Below, one piece after another: positions 16,196 to 26,418 of a stretch of 64,000 bases of DNA; positions within the stretch are counted from its first letter, which is position 1, and the number at the start of each line of letters is the position of its first letter. The stretch is from a virus. Below the pieces are notes generated by a model, which saw nothing but the letters and a program-made list of their open reading frames with translations, had not been told where the DNA came from and did not search any database. Made by a program: the position numbers and the translations under genes. Location of the stretch: positions 1 through 64,000 of the IMG/VR virus record IMGVR_UViG_3300014913_000007; one strand, written 5' to 3'.

Positions 16196-16519
16196 TTATA
16201 GCCAATATAGTTCTATTCTAATATTCCGTGTAACTGATGAAATCCTGTATACTCTTACTTCTGTAGCATTATCATTAGAAACTGCAGCATTAAGAGATGG
16301 TTGCCAATTTCTGTATGCATTAGCACTATCCTGATACATATCCGGTACCTCTAACCAAGAAGTTGTACCATTTTGCATGTGAAGAGTAGATAAGTTCTGT
16401 GGCGATCCTTCATTATGGTTCAGTATATATGGCACGTAGTTTGTTCCTGTTTGTGTGGGGTGACTAAATACACTTGAAGTGAATTTCCTAATAATACTCT
16501 CATTATTTAATCTAATCAT
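16196..16519 (-). CDS. beta-rich protein, paralogue of 10256..10579
   Basis: see above. Confidence 0.7.
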   Translation of the reverse strand: MIRLNNESIIRKFTSSVFSHPTQTGTNYVPYILNHNEGSPQNLSTLHMQNGTTSWLEVPDMYQDSANAYRNWQPSLNAAVSNDNATEVRVYRISSVTRNIRIELYWL

Positions 16520-16642
16520 CCTCTTCTCCTTAAGTTAATTTATCTACTTACAATAAAGTACAAATTAGTAAGTATATCAAGATATTATGTTTTTTTACTA
16601 AATAAGCTAAAGTCTTTTTGAAATCTTGTCGATAGTATATTT

Positions 16643-16897
16643 ATGAAGATTAGTAGTAAAGTATTTATAGCCCATAAATCTCGTGCTATACCCACAGAGG
16701 AGTTAACTAACTTATCTAAAACTCTAGAAGTTTTACTATATATCAACATAAATAATCAATATGGAATGGAAATAGTTACTGTAGGTACCTCTAAGTATAA
16801 ACATTACGTAAAAATGTGGTGCGCTAGTAGCGGGTTGTTTTTTGAACAGGGCTTATTCTCCTGTCCAGAGTCTTGGTATTGTAGGTATAAGGTGTAA
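16643..16897 (+). CDS. small paralogue family member, leaderless
   Basis: promoter TAAAGTCT-N12-GTCGATAG at 16608-16635, ATG 7 nt later. Confidence 0.7.
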   Translation: MKISSKVFIAHKSRAIPTEELTNLSKTLEVLLYININNQYGMEIVTVGTSKYKHYVKMWCASSGLFFEQGLFSCPESWYCRYKV

Positions 16898-16907
16898 TGA
16901 GGTATAA

Positions 16908-17192
16908 ATGATTAATACTGTAGATGGATTTATAGTTAACCTTACCTTAGAAGCTGGCAGGGCACTTCGGAGGGATAAATTGGAGGCTGCTGAGGCTGTA
17001 AAAGGAGATCCAACTGAAGCACTAGACCTGGAAGAAGACGAGCAGGAGAGCGAACCTGAAGAAGAAGAAGTAAAGGTACTACTAGCATTACCGGAACCAG
17101 ATATTACCGAGTCTTATGAGTTATATGATCATAAAGGTAATTTAGTAAAATACTTAAAAACTAGTAATGTTAAGTTAAATACTAGGAGGTAA
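16908..17192 (+). CDS. acidic hypothetical protein
   Basis: GAGG SD. Confidence 0.7.
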   Translation: MINTVDGFIVNLTLEAGRALRRDKLEAAEAVKGDPTEALDLEEDEQESEPEEEEVKVLLALPEPDITESYELYDHKGNLVKYLKTSNVKLNTRR

Positions 17193-17220
17193 TAAATTTA
17201 TCATTTATTACTGTTAAATA

Positions 17221-17832
17221 CTAAAGTTTGTCTACGTCGTTATACCAATGCTCTTTTTGAATATAGGTTAAAGCCTCTCGCAGGTCTTTGAAACGTTTAC
17301 CTTCCCGTCTACCGTTTGTTACTATACAACATGGTGAATCAACACTAGGCTCATCTAAGTATAGCTTGTACGAAGCAAACTCACTACATGTATGTTCAAA
17401 AATATCAAGAATTACTCTGTCACCTAAATTATTAGTTTTAAACTTCTTAAGATGCGGAACTACTAACTTTAAACTTCTATATACTTTCTCTGTATACTTA
17501 GTATCTCCCCTAGTTAGTGCTATTTGTATACAGCTTTGTCCAGTTTCTGGAAAGTAGCCTGAAGATATTAAGTATAACTGTCTTAATTGTTTCTCTTTTT
17601 CATTATACATTGCCTTAGTTTCAGGATCACCGCATAGTATTAAATCTAAGTCTACTTCTCCAGAATCTATTCTATTGCTAAGAATTATTTCATCTCTTTT
17701 TTCTCTTAGAGTTCTTAGTTTAGTATTTTTTGCAGTTGCTGCTTTCTGTAGTGGAGTGAGTTTACTATAGATGTCATCTATCTCTGTCTCTAGATTTTCT
17801 ATTTTTTCTAATATATTATCTAATTTCTTCAT
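17221..17832 (-). CDS. hypothetical coiled-coil protein, leaderless (true start 17832)
   Basis: promoter TTAAGTTT-N11-GTCGATAA at 17840-17866. Confidence 0.75.
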   Translation of the reverse strand: MKKLDNILEKIENLETEIDDIYSKLTPLQKAATAKNTKLRTLREKRDEIILSNRIDSGEVDLDLILCGDPETKAMYNEKEKQLRQLYLISSGYFPETGQSCIQIALTRGDTKYTEKVYRSLKLVVPHLKKFKTNNLGDRVILDIFEHTCSEFASYKLYLDEPSVDSPCCIVTNGRREGKRFKDLREALTYIQKEHWYNDVDKL

Positions 17833-17873
17833 ATAAGTATTATCGACCAAATTTCAAAAAACTTAAACCTTAT

Positions 17874-18140
17874 TTACCAATTTGTAGGTTTAAATACATA
17901 CCAAGTCTTATTGTAACCTTCTCTGTTAAATCTTGAATTCTCTACTATATCCCAACCTTTCTCATCAAATATCGCTCTACTATCAAATTCTGCGTATTTT
18001 CTACCATACTCATCTTTTTTTGTTCCAACATTACTTACAGGTATTAAATATTCCTCATCAGTATTTGGATTTTCCTTCTTAACTAGTAAATAGTAATCCT
18101 TGCCTTCTTTAATCCCACTAAAATACTCTACCTTTCTCAT
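17874..18140 (-). CDS. small paralogue family member
   Basis: IKEGKDYYLL...GYNKTWYV; GGAGG SD. Confidence 0.75.
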   Translation of the reverse strand: MRKVEYFSGIKEGKDYYLLVKKENPNTDEEYLIPVSNVGTKKDEYGRKYAEFDSRAIFDEKGWDIVENSRFNREGYNKTWYVFKPTNW

Positions 18141-18158
18141 AAATCCTCCATAAAATCA

Positions 18159-18344
18159 GGGGTAGTCCAGGTTTGTATTGTCTAGTAGTAGTCTATTATT
18201 TGCCTCACACTTCAGTACTCATCCACCTGAGTCTTTACCACAGCCCCTGTTAGTCTGAATACCAACGACTGTTCCTTCCATCCTAGCAACATCTACCACT
18301 ATTCAGATTGACCACATACCTAACTGGACTCGACCCGACTAGCT
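18159..18344 (-). ncRNA. candidate ~185-nt structured RNA
   Basis: GC-richer, no long ORF, own promoter at 18352-18378, long-range closing stem and internal helices. Confidence 0.5.
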
Positions 18345-18351
18345 ATATATA

Positions 18352-18428
18352 CTATCGTCAGTATTTCAGAAAACTTTAGTAAAAAATAAAAAAACAAAAC
18401 TAAAGTCTATTTAGCAAGTTGCCGATAT
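18352..18428. promoter_or_regulatory. divergent pair of sigma28-type promoters
   Basis: minus TAAAGTTT-N11-GACGATAG (18352-18378); plus TAAAGTCT-N12-GCCGATAT (18401-18428). Confidence 0.75.
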
Positions 18429-18652
18429 TAACCCTGTTAGAGAATACGTACTCTTTTAATGTTTTACTTGATTGTGAGAAGAAACTATACTCCTTTTATG
18501 AGCTTGATGCTTATCGGTTTAATAGGGATCCTTATGGGTATTTAATTCATATTTGCCCATGTATCCATCACCAGACAAAAGAAATATTAGCAGAAACATT
18601 TAAAGACAGGCCATTAGAAGTTATATTGAATTGGTAAAATTATCTGTATACC

Positions 18653-18898
18653 TTAGATTTCTTCCAGGTGCCAGTGCTTAATGTAGCTGGTCAGGAATAG
18701 CTTAAGCCCCGAAAAGAACCTAGCATCACATCTAAAAGTTACATAACTGAAAGGCATTGGATTTTCTCTTGAGAATGTCATGTTTGAAAATACTAAATTA
18801 TGTATTATGGTATATGTTGTGGAATTTCCATTTGGATGGAGAACTAATTTATATCGTTTCCAACATTTAACGTCTTGTATCTCTACTATATTCTTCAT
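18653..18898 (-). CDS. small paralogue family member
   Basis: WKRYKLV...SYIKHWHL; start reassigned to ATG 18898. Confidence 0.55.
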   Translation of the reverse strand: MKNIVEIQDVKCWKRYKLVLHPNGNSTTYTIIHNLVFSNMTFSRENPMPFSYVTFRCDARFFSGLKLFLTSYIKHWHLEEI

Positions 18899-19210
18899 AC
18901 TTAAATTAAATAGCATAAAAAGGACAGTCAGTGTTTCTACTAACTGCCCAAACAACCCCATGAAGTCTACTTCAGTTAATGCCTCAACAACATCTATCAA
19001 ATTTTTGAACTAAATTTATTTTGTATGCATTACTCTTTGTCATTTATTAAGCTCTACAGTAGTATATCAGATTACATAAAGTTGTCAATAGCTTTTCCTA
19101 AGTTTTAATTAAAATACTTACAAACATTTTTATATGTCTATAATTACTTAAATAACTATAGTTCCAGTATCTGTTGACATCTTTATAATTCTCAAGTACA
19201 CTAATTCAAT

Positions 19211-19393
19211 ATGGAGTCAATACTGGTACATTTTATGTTTTATTTCATCTTAATCTTCTTCTGTGGTACAGGTGCCTATATCATAGCTAATATGGGAGAT
19301 GAACTACCCTCAGAAAGGTTTTATTTATTTGATGTATTAGGTATTATAGCTGCAATTCTCCTAATACTGCTATTCTTAATCTTCATCTACTAA
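19211..19393 (+). CDS. small membrane protein, probably leaderless
   Basis: two TM segments; TTGACA-N17-TACACT at 19174-19202. Confidence 0.65.
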   Translation: MESILVHFMFYFILIFFCGTGAYIIANMGDELPSERFYLFDVLGIIAAILLILLFLIFIY

Positions 19394-20572
19394 ATCGGGA
19401 TACTCAATCTTAGCCATACTTAAATAATCTAATCCAAAACTAGTAATGTGCCTGCCCCTACCTGTTCGTTCAATTAACCCACGAGACATCAGTGTAGGCT
19501 CTATATTTGACCTGTATTGGTCCTTATCCAATCCTAAACTATCACAGATGGACTGTTCGCCTGCTGGTATCCTTTTTCCCTTACTTTCTCCTCTACTCAG
19601 TAGGAATTGTAATGTCCTCACCTGGGCTAATTTAAGACCATCTGGAAGGTATTTAGCTACAGATATATACTTTAACACTAATTTAAGTGAAATAGTCTTC
19701 ATATCTTCTTCAGTTATCCAATCAGCTTGTCCCTGTTTAGCTAACTGCCTGTAATAACACGAGGCTTCATATACACCCCTCAAAAGATTCTCTCCCATCC
19801 TTGCTACTCCTTGAGAACACTTTCCTAACACCCTAGCAGCTTCATCTTGTAGCTTCAGTCCACGACCAATGGCCATACCTTTAACTATGTCGTACATTTC
19901 TTCATCGGTGTAGTATTCTATCTCAATTTGATTTCCAAACCTAGTCTGAAGTGGGGAAGGTAAATCTCCTAGATCAGTAGTAGCTCCAAAACATGTAAAC
20001 TTAGGAAAATGTATATCGCGCATTTTACCTTTCTCCGCATACTGATATCGAAACTCAAGAAGTATGAGAAGCATAGAAACGATTACGCCTCTATCTAATT
20101 TGTGGATCTCATCAATAAATACCGCTACAGGTTTAATTGGAGCACATGGATTTACCGGGTCTAGAATAGTGCAGATACGCTTACCAGTAGGGTCTATGCA
20201 ACCTGATTCTTTAGTATGACTTACACAACCATTATTACATTTATAGCCATCCCAAGAAAGTTTTTCCTCTAGTATACTAACTAAGATGTCAGGTGTCGGT
20301 ATAGCATCCGGTGTTAGCTTAATGAAGGTGCCTTCCTTCTCAAAGCAACCCATCATTTCTGCTGCTGTTTCCACTCTCCTGGTCTTTCCTGTACCCCCCG
20401 GTCCATAATACATTGTATGAGGTATAGTCACAGGAATACTATCGGGTAAGCATCGGTCTCCTTTATACTTCTTGTATATGTGGGCTAGCATACCTTGAGC
20501 CTTATTTTGAGCTGCTACACCATACTTAATCCTCATCAATCCTTCATCATTTTCATTAAAATCTGGTTTCAT
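19376..20572 (-). CDS. ruvB: RuvB-like Holliday junction branch-migration ATPase
   Basis: GPGGTGKT, FIDEIH, GATT...PLQTRFG, C-terminal RTGRGR. Confidence 0.8.
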   Translation of the reverse strand: MKPDFNENDEGLMRIKYGVAAQNKAQGMLAHIYKKYKGDRCLPDSIPVTIPHTMYYGPGGTGKTRRVETAAEMMGCFEKEGTFIKLTPDAIPTPDILVSILEEKLSWDGYKCNNGCVSHTKESGCIDPTGKRICTILDPVNPCAPIKPVAVFIDEIHKLDRGVIVSMLLILLEFRYQYAEKGKMRDIHFPKFTCFGATTDLGDLPSPLQTRFGNQIEIEYYTDEEMYDIVKGMAIGRGLKLQDEAARVLGKCSQGVARMGENLLRGVYEASCYYRQLAKQGQADWITEEDMKTISLKLVLKYISVAKYLPDGLKLAQVRTLQFLLSRGESKGKRIPAGEQSICDSLGLDKDQYRSNIEPTLMSRGLIERTGRGRHITSFGLDYLSMAKIEYPDLVDED

Positions 20573-20627
20573 CCTGCCTCAAAATAAATAAATTAATCCG
20601 ATTATTATCTTTCTACCTACACTAATA

Positions 20628-20654
20628 TTATCGACTATTTTTAGGAAAACTTTA
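20628..20654 (-). promoter_or_regulatory. sigma28-type promoter
   Basis: TAAAGTTT-N11-GTCGATAA. Confidence 0.8.
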
Positions 20655-20701
20655 GTTAAAAGTGATAATATATTGAATAAGTATGTAAGTTATGGTTTAT
20701 A

Positions 20702-23242
20702 CTATATTTTTGAATGCTTAGAATACTTCTTTTCATAGAACTCTTTTCTGCCCTCTGACCAATCTCTAAGCTTATTATTGGGATTTGAATCATCGGTATA
20801 GTCTATTACTACTGCGTACTTCTTTTCAACTGTGAATCTTAGTACTCTACCCACTGTTTGCTCAATACGGGTAGTATTCCCTCCACTGAAAGGTCCAGCC
20901 AGTATTAATGCACTTAAGCTGGGACAATCAAAGCCAGTATCAAACAAAGTATATGTACCACCAATTCCAGCTAGCTCCCCACTTTCAACTTTAAATACGT
21001 CTTCATTTAGTTGTTTATGGTTTACTTTAGTTTGTATAGCTCCCTTGTCTGTAGTTTTAATAGTGTAGGGATAAGATATGTGGATACCACGTTCTAACAA
21101 TTTTTCATATATTATTTTAGCGTGAAGAACCCTAGCGGTACATATGATAGGTTTAAAACCCATACTAATTAACCTTACACAGTCATCTACGATTAAGTTA
21201 TTTCTGACCTCATTGTTACATACCTCGTCTTGCAACTTGTGCATTTTCTTTCTTTTTCGCCACTCTTCCATACTATCTGTAACATCATAGAAAAAAGTAT
21301 TTCCAGTTTCTCTGGTATAAGTTTCTGGTGTTAGTCTTCCAGGAATTTGATTCTCATGTATAGTTACTACAATTTCCCCTAGTAAGGCTGTCATTAGATT
21401 ACTAAGTTCATCACTGGAGTAATGTTCAGGTGTGGCAGACAGTCCATATAATCTTTCAGGAGCCAACTTTAACAGTACAGTTCTATATGTCAATGCAGTA
21501 CTTAAATGACATTCATCAAAAAATATCGTATGAAAAGTATCCTTTAGTGAATCTAAGTCAAATCCTTCCTTGCCTAGTGTCATAAGTGATCCACATGTAA
21601 TAGGTTTAATGATCTTTTTCTTTGCTTTTATTATACCTATTTCTTCATCTGGTATTCCTAATACTTTAGTTACTGTCCTTCTAAATTGAGTTAACAGTCT
21701 ATCCTTCTGTGCTAAAAATAATACTGGACCTTTACCAAGTAACGCCATTGCTATACAAGAAATTACAGTTTTACCACTATTGTGATGTACTGTAAAGTCT
21801 TCTGTTAAATATAGATGATCTTTGTTTAACATGAAACCATAATAGGATCCTTCACCTACTGATTCTACTTTGAATCCAGTCCTTAGCACAGACTTCTTTT
21901 GTTTTCTAGGTACTGCTTGTTTTCTTTTAATTCTTGTAGGTATAATTGAAACTTCACCAGAAATAGAAAGTCTATAGTACTCAACTTGATTTACTATTTT
22001 GATATTTTTATATGCAGCTAAGCCTAAGGATCTTGCTATGAAAGTTATATCGTCTGCCAATCTTTCTGATTTTGACACATATTCAAAGTTTCCATTACCG
22101 AAGTACCCATCAGTATCTATTAATCCAGCTAGGATTTTCAATCTCTCACTATTAGATGCTTTCTTATAAATCTCTGGTATAAACCTGGTGCCACTTTTTG
22201 TTCCCCAAAGATTTAAGTTTTTTAATCTATCTATTAATAGGTTATGTCCTGGGATCCCTGTTTTTATACCTTTTAAACTAGACTTAAAGAAGTAAGTTTT
22301 AGCTTTACCAGTATTAGCATCCTGAATGCTATTTTGGATCAAACAATGCTGTCTGCATAGATCATTAAACATCTTTACTATCTCTTCATCAGCTGTAGTT
22401 ATACTACCTTGACGACAAATTCCTCCATCTCCAAGTAATACACCTAAATGGTAAGGATCTATAGGTAAGGAAGTTGGTAGTTCTTTAAAATTTATTGCTG
22501 CCCTTTTTAGTTTATAATGATGTTTAAAACTATTTGATTTGTCCAAGTAATCATTTACAGAGATATTAATAGTTGTACCTTTAAGTTTTATGTATTTACA
22601 CATATCAACGCCTTTTAGTATTTTCGGCTGTGGGTCTTCTCTTCTGATGCCAGATTGCTCAAGATGAAGTACATGAGATTTATTTACTACAAATGGAGTG
22701 CCTTTTGTTGGTGTAATCTTATACATCTCTTCTTCACCTGAAAATAATTTAAGTACTTCTCTAGGTTTACTATCAGGACCCATTAAAAGGTCTCCAATCT
22801 GTATTTTTTCTACTTTTTTTAGTGTACCATTATACATTAGTATCTCAGTGCCAGGTGCATGGCATCCTGGAGGAGCTTGTATTCTAGCAGTATTATATTG
22901 TAAAAGTTTATTTACCGCATCTCCTTGAAATCCGAATACACCACTTGTATAATTAATTTTTTCAGAAATACTTGATGGAACATTCTCACCAGAGCTTGTA
23001 CTAAAGGTTTTAGTTACGGGTAAGTTATTCTGTGAACACACTCTAATAAGCTCTAACTCTTTTCCACGAGGAATGTAGATAGAATTACCTTCTTTTTTAA
23101 ATAAGTGTAATTTTTCTGGTATTCCTTTATCTTTATTTGCATAAGGTGTTATGTCATAGGTACAGACTGACTTGAAATACTCTTCTAGGTTTGGAGGTAA
23201 TCCTGTGATTCTTAAGCAATTAGATAAATCATAAGAGATCAC
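20702..23242 (-). CDS. superfamily 2 (UvsW/XPB-like) helicase with intein
   Basis: APPG|SGKT split Walker A, DECH, SAT, QTVGRVLR. Confidence 0.9.
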   Translation of the reverse strand: MISYDLSNCLRITGLPPNLEEYFKSVCTYDITPYANKDKGIPEKLHLFKKEGNSIYIPRGKELELIRVCSQNNLPVTKTFSTSSGENVPSSISEKINYTSGVFGFQGDAVNKLLQYNTARIQAPPGCHAPGTEILMYNGTLKKVEKIQIGDLLMGPDSKPREVLKLFSGEEEMYKITPTKGTPFVVNKSHVLHLEQSGIRREDPQPKILKGVDMCKYIKLKGTTINISVNDYLDKSNSFKHHYKLKRAAINFKELPTSLPIDPYHLGVLLGDGGICRQGSITTADEEIVKMFNDLCRQHCLIQNSIQDANTGKAKTYFFKSSLKGIKTGIPGHNLLIDRLKNLNLWGTKSGTRFIPEIYKKASNSERLKILAGLIDTDGYFGNGNFEYVSKSERLADDITFIARSLGLAAYKNIKIVNQVEYYRLSISGEVSIIPTRIKRKQAVPRKQKKSVLRTGFKVESVGEGSYYGFMLNKDHLYLTEDFTVHHNSGKTVISCIAMALLGKGPVLFLAQKDRLLTQFRRTVTKVLGIPDEEIGIIKAKKKIIKPITCGSLMTLGKEGFDLDSLKDTFHTIFFDECHLSTALTYRTVLLKLAPERLYGLSATPEHYSSDELSNLMTALLGEIVVTIHENQIPGRLTPETYTRETGNTFFYDVTDSMEEWRKRKKMHKLQDEVCNNEVRNNLIVDDCVRLISMGFKPIICTARVLHAKIIYEKLLERGIHISYPYTIKTTDKGAIQTKVNHKQLNEDVFKVESGELAGIGGTYTLFDTGFDCPSLSALILAGPFSGGNTTRIEQTVGRVLRFTVEKKYAVVIDYTDDSNPNNKLRDWSEGRKEFYEKKYSKHSKI
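21779..22864 (-). mobile_element. intein with LAGLIDADG homing endonuclease (362 aa)
   Basis: N-term CHAPGT, C-term VHHN|S, motifs LGVLLGDGG and LAGLIDTDG. Confidence 0.92.
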
Positions 23243-23259
23243 GGGATTACCTATTCCTA

Positions 23260-24150
23260 TTATACTACCGGATTCTTAGTTACTACAGCATTAGGAAGGC
23301 CAGTACTAGGTGGGGCTTCCGAATAGCTCTCACTGCTTAGTACCTTACCAACATTACTCAACGCAGGTGCTGCTTGTACGGGAGCTGCTGGAGCTGCTTG
23401 TACGGGAGCTGCTGGAGCTGCTTGTACGGGAGCTGCTGGAGCCACTGGGGGTATTTCCTGAACTCTTGAGTTAGTAGCGTTTACTACACTCTCCGCAGCT
23501 AGAGAACCTTGTGGTACAAATACACCATTAGCATTTAACTGACCAGGAACCCAACTATTAGGGTTAGTAGCATCTGCATTAATTAATTTATGATACACAC
23601 CATTAATAGTAGCTAAATCCCCAATACTATATTGAGGAGTTTGAGGTGTCTGAATCTGAGGTGCCTGAGTCTGAGCCGGGACTGGAGCACTCTGAGTAGG
23701 TGCAGATGGTTGTCCACCATTCTGCATAGCATCTCTAAAACGTCTATACGCTTTTACTACTTCGTTATCTGTAATACTTACATCCGTGTACTCCAAGGAC
23801 TTGTAATAAGCTCCTCCCTTACCTTCGACTGCTACCAGCTTCTCAGATCCTTCAACTACTAATTCAACTGAGGAGTATGAATGCCCAGCTAGGGAATTTT
23901 GGTGTTCTTTACAACTTACACGAGTGAGGATTGCTACTATGGGATCTAATTCGGGGTTATTACCTCTTGGGAAGTAAGAACATTGAATTCTTGCTGAAAC
24001 AGCTTCATATTTGCCATTTTTCTTTTCCTTGGCTAGTTTATCTACATAAATATAAAACTGTAAGAAATTTTTATTATTATATTGTTTTTTCTCGGCGGGA
24101 TAAATAACTCTCCCAAAATATGTTTGCTTTGATGCTCTACCGTATGCCAT
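23260..24150 (-). CDS. SSB-like OB-fold protein with low-complexity tail
   Basis: N-terminal GRV...F.F.I pattern, next to helicase; PAAPVQAA repeats. Confidence 0.5.
   Translation of the reverse strand: MAYGRASKQTYFGRVIYPAEKKQYNNKNFLQFYIYVDKLAKEKKNGKYEAVSARIQCSYFPRGNNPELDPIVAILTRVSCKEHQNSLAGHSYSSVELVVEGSEKLVAVEGKGGAYYKSLEYTDVSITDNEVVKAYRRFRDAMQNGGQPSAPTQSAPVPAQTQAPQIQTPQTPQYSIGDLATINGVYHKLINADATNPNSWVPGQLNANGVFVPQGSLAAESVVNATNSRVQEIPPVAPAAPVQAAPAAPVQAAPAAPVQAAPALSNVGKVLSSESYSEAPPSTGLPNAVVTKNPVV
23369..23443. repeat. 24-bp coding tandem repeat x3
   Basis: GCTGCTTGTACGGGAGCTGCTGGA repeated. Confidence 0.9.
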
Positions 24151-24311
24151 TATTATTAGCTCCTTTAAAAGATTTATTAAACTCTAAAGATATAATACCT
24201 TATTTTTGATTAAGTGTCCATAGTAATAGCAGAAAAAAATTCAGAATTAGCTAAAGTATTTCTAAAAACTGACGATAATAACTATAGTGTTATAGCTTAT
24301 TAGGAGAGATT

Positions 24312-24713
24312 ATGAATAATAAAAAGTTATTAAATATTATAGAAAAGATGTTAACTACTGTAGAATACTGGAAAGCCAATCCAGAGAAGTTAAATGCATT
24401 AGAGGAAGATATACTAGAATTTTTAGATGGATTTGTGGGTAATTTAGACCAAGTTGCAGATCATTATGTAGATTTAATGGATCATTACAGTGATGTATGT
24501 GAGTCTGTAGATGTAATAAGCTCCAGTGTGCCTACATACACTACTACTAAAGAGGATCCACTGAGCACAGTTGTTGGTATGGCCATTGGAGGTGCCTTAG
24601 ATCCTCTTTTAGAAACTAATGAAGTAGTAGAAAAGGAACCACAATTAGAAGATACTCAATCACTTAGTATAGAAGAATTAGAAGATTTAAACACAGGAGA
24701 TATGGATTTTTAA
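24312..24713 (+). CDS. acidic hypothetical protein
   Basis: promoter TAAAGTAT-N11-GACGATAA at 24252-24278; AGGAG SD. Confidence 0.75.
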   Translation: MNNKKLLNIIEKMLTTVEYWKANPEKLNALEEDILEFLDGFVGNLDQVADHYVDLMDHYSDVCESVDVISSSVPTYTTTKEDPLSTVVGMAIGGALDPLLETNEVVEKEPQLEDTQSLSIEELEDLNTGDMDF

Positions 24714-25138
24714 AAGTTTTCTAATACTTTTAGTAAGTTATCAAGTGCAAACTCTACCCTAGATTTTGGAAAATGTAATATAAATCCAACTGTTCTTAGA
24801 TTAGGGTGATAGAAAGATACTTCTGTAATACCTGTAGGATCTAGGTCCAATAAGGGTACTATCAAACCTCTAGTTGTTTTCTCTAACGACAACATGCTTC
24901 TAAATACCACAAATCCTCTCGAATCCATGCTTCCAGAACCATCACAAGAAGATACAGTGTAAATATGCCTATGACTATTGATTTTTTTTAAATACGGAAT
25001 TAATATAGGATCTACATCTTCAACCTCTATTGCGTAGTTTAGTGCTTCTAACGCCCTACTTTTTTCCTTAGTTATGCCATAAGTGCCTTGTAACTTCTCT
25101 ATGAATCCATATATCCTTTTTCTATCTATCTCTACCAC
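24710..25138 (-). CDS. TYW3-like domain protein
   Basis: VDP.LIP.L..IN....YTVSSCDG resembles TYW3 TxSSCxG motif. Confidence 0.45.
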   Translation of the reverse strand: MVEIDRKRIYGFIEKLQGTYGITKEKSRALEALNYAIEVEDVDPILIPYLKKINSHRHIYTVSSCDGSGSMDSRGFVVFRSMLSLEKTTRGLIVPLLDLDPTGITEVSFYHPNLRTVGFILHFPKSRVEFALDNLLKVLENF

Positions 25139-25407
25139 AATATTAAAAACCCATATTTATCAAGTTTCTTTTTCTTAATAAGCTCTAAAGAGTGATAAAT
25201 ATTAAAATCTTCTACTTCAATTGCGTACTCTCTGTGCCTTTTCCATCCCCTAATATTATTTAACAATATATCTTCGGACTTTTCAATATTGTCGGCCAAT
25301 ATTAGAATATTCATTCTAATGCACTCATAAGGCTCCTCATGTGCTTTTATAACAGTGGCCTTAAATAAACTTCTTCCGTATATATCCATACTTCTATATA
25401 ATAACAT
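25132..25407 (-). CDS. hypothetical phage protein
   Basis: ORF track. Confidence 0.6.
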   Translation of the reverse strand: MLLYRSMDIYGRSLFKATVIKAHEEPYECIRMNILILADNIEKSEDILLNNIRGWKRHREYAIEVEDFNIYHSLELIKKKKLDKYGFLILW

Positions 25408-25489
25408 ACTTATATAAAATATACAAATTTAGCTAAAGTTTTCTGAGGATCTGACGATACTATACATATAACAATTATAAGGAGAATTT

Positions 25490-25798
25490 ATGCAAGTAGG
25501 TAGACAATTTATTTTCGATACAGCTAAAATTAGTATTATTAAGGATAGATTCGCTGAGATATCTGAGATCAGTGCAGATGGAAAGGAAGTACTATCTTAT
25601 AGGATACTAACCCAACTAACCAAGCCTTCAATAGTTATAAATAGAAAAAGCTTCACCCTTACCTTAGAGATTCTTGAAAGTCTAAGTGCAAAGGTAACGA
25701 AGTTTGAACTGGTAATAACTTGTAAAAATGAACAAGAATTTAAAACTAAGTTAAAGGAATTAAAGTCTTTTACACTTTCTGGCATCTTCACTGCCTAG
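25490..25798 (+). CDS. hypothetical phage protein
   Basis: promoter TAAAGTTT-N11-GACGATAC at 25434-25460; AAGGAG SD. Confidence 0.75.
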   Translation: MQVGRQFIFDTAKISIIKDRFAEISEISADGKEVLSYRILTQLTKPSIVINRKSFTLTLEILESLSAKVTKFELVITCKNEQEFKTKLKELKSFTLSGIFTA

Positions 25799-25916
25799 AA
25801 GTTTGATCCTTTGTTAGTTTTCTGATACGATTCTTGAAAGTTATAATCGAGCGAGTGACTTTTTTAAAAGGGTGGGTAACTCTAAATTCTCTAACTCTTT
25901 TAAAAATATCATTATA

Positions 25917-26162
25917 CTATCCACTTAACACTCCTACAAAAACCTTAAATAGCTCATCTATATCCTCAGACCAACACTTTAAATTTTTTCCTGTTAGGAT
26001 TATACAGGGACTTCTAGTATCAAAGTTTACTAAATAACTTTCTCCAGTATCTAAAGTATATTTTAATACTAAAACTGTCCCACATACTGAAGAAGTTATC
26101 TCAGGGCATGGTAAGTCTAAACAGTCTTCTACTGTTTGGATAAACCTTATCAGTCTATACAT
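25917..26162 (-). CDS. hypothetical phage protein
   Basis: coupled to upstream ORF. Confidence 0.6.
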   Translation of the reverse strand: MYRLIRFIQTVEDCLDLPCPEITSSVCGTVLVLKYTLDTGESYLVNFDTRSPCIILTGKNLKCWSEDIDELFKVFVGVLSG

Positions 26163-26418
26163 CTCGATTGCTTATCCATTCCAACATACTTATAAAATCA
26201 TCACTCACTCTTTGGTAATAATCTCCTCCTGGATCGGTTATACGTATTTGACGTTCTATATCTTCTTTGATTTGGCGTTTGAACTCTGAACAAATCTTAT
26301 CCCAATTGATTTTTAGTTCTCTGCACACTTCCCCAGGTGCAGCTGTATTTCTATTAATAGCATACCTAAATGCCATTAATAAAATTTGTTCACTTACTTC
26401 AACATTGGATGGAAACAT
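26155..26418 (-). CDS. hypothetical phage protein
   Basis: AFRYAI.R motif; GGAG SD. Confidence 0.7.
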   Translation of the reverse strand: MFPSNVEVSEQILLMAFRYAINRNTAAPGEVCRELKINWDKICSEFKRQIKEDIERQIRITDPGGDYYQRVSDDFISMLEWISNRDV

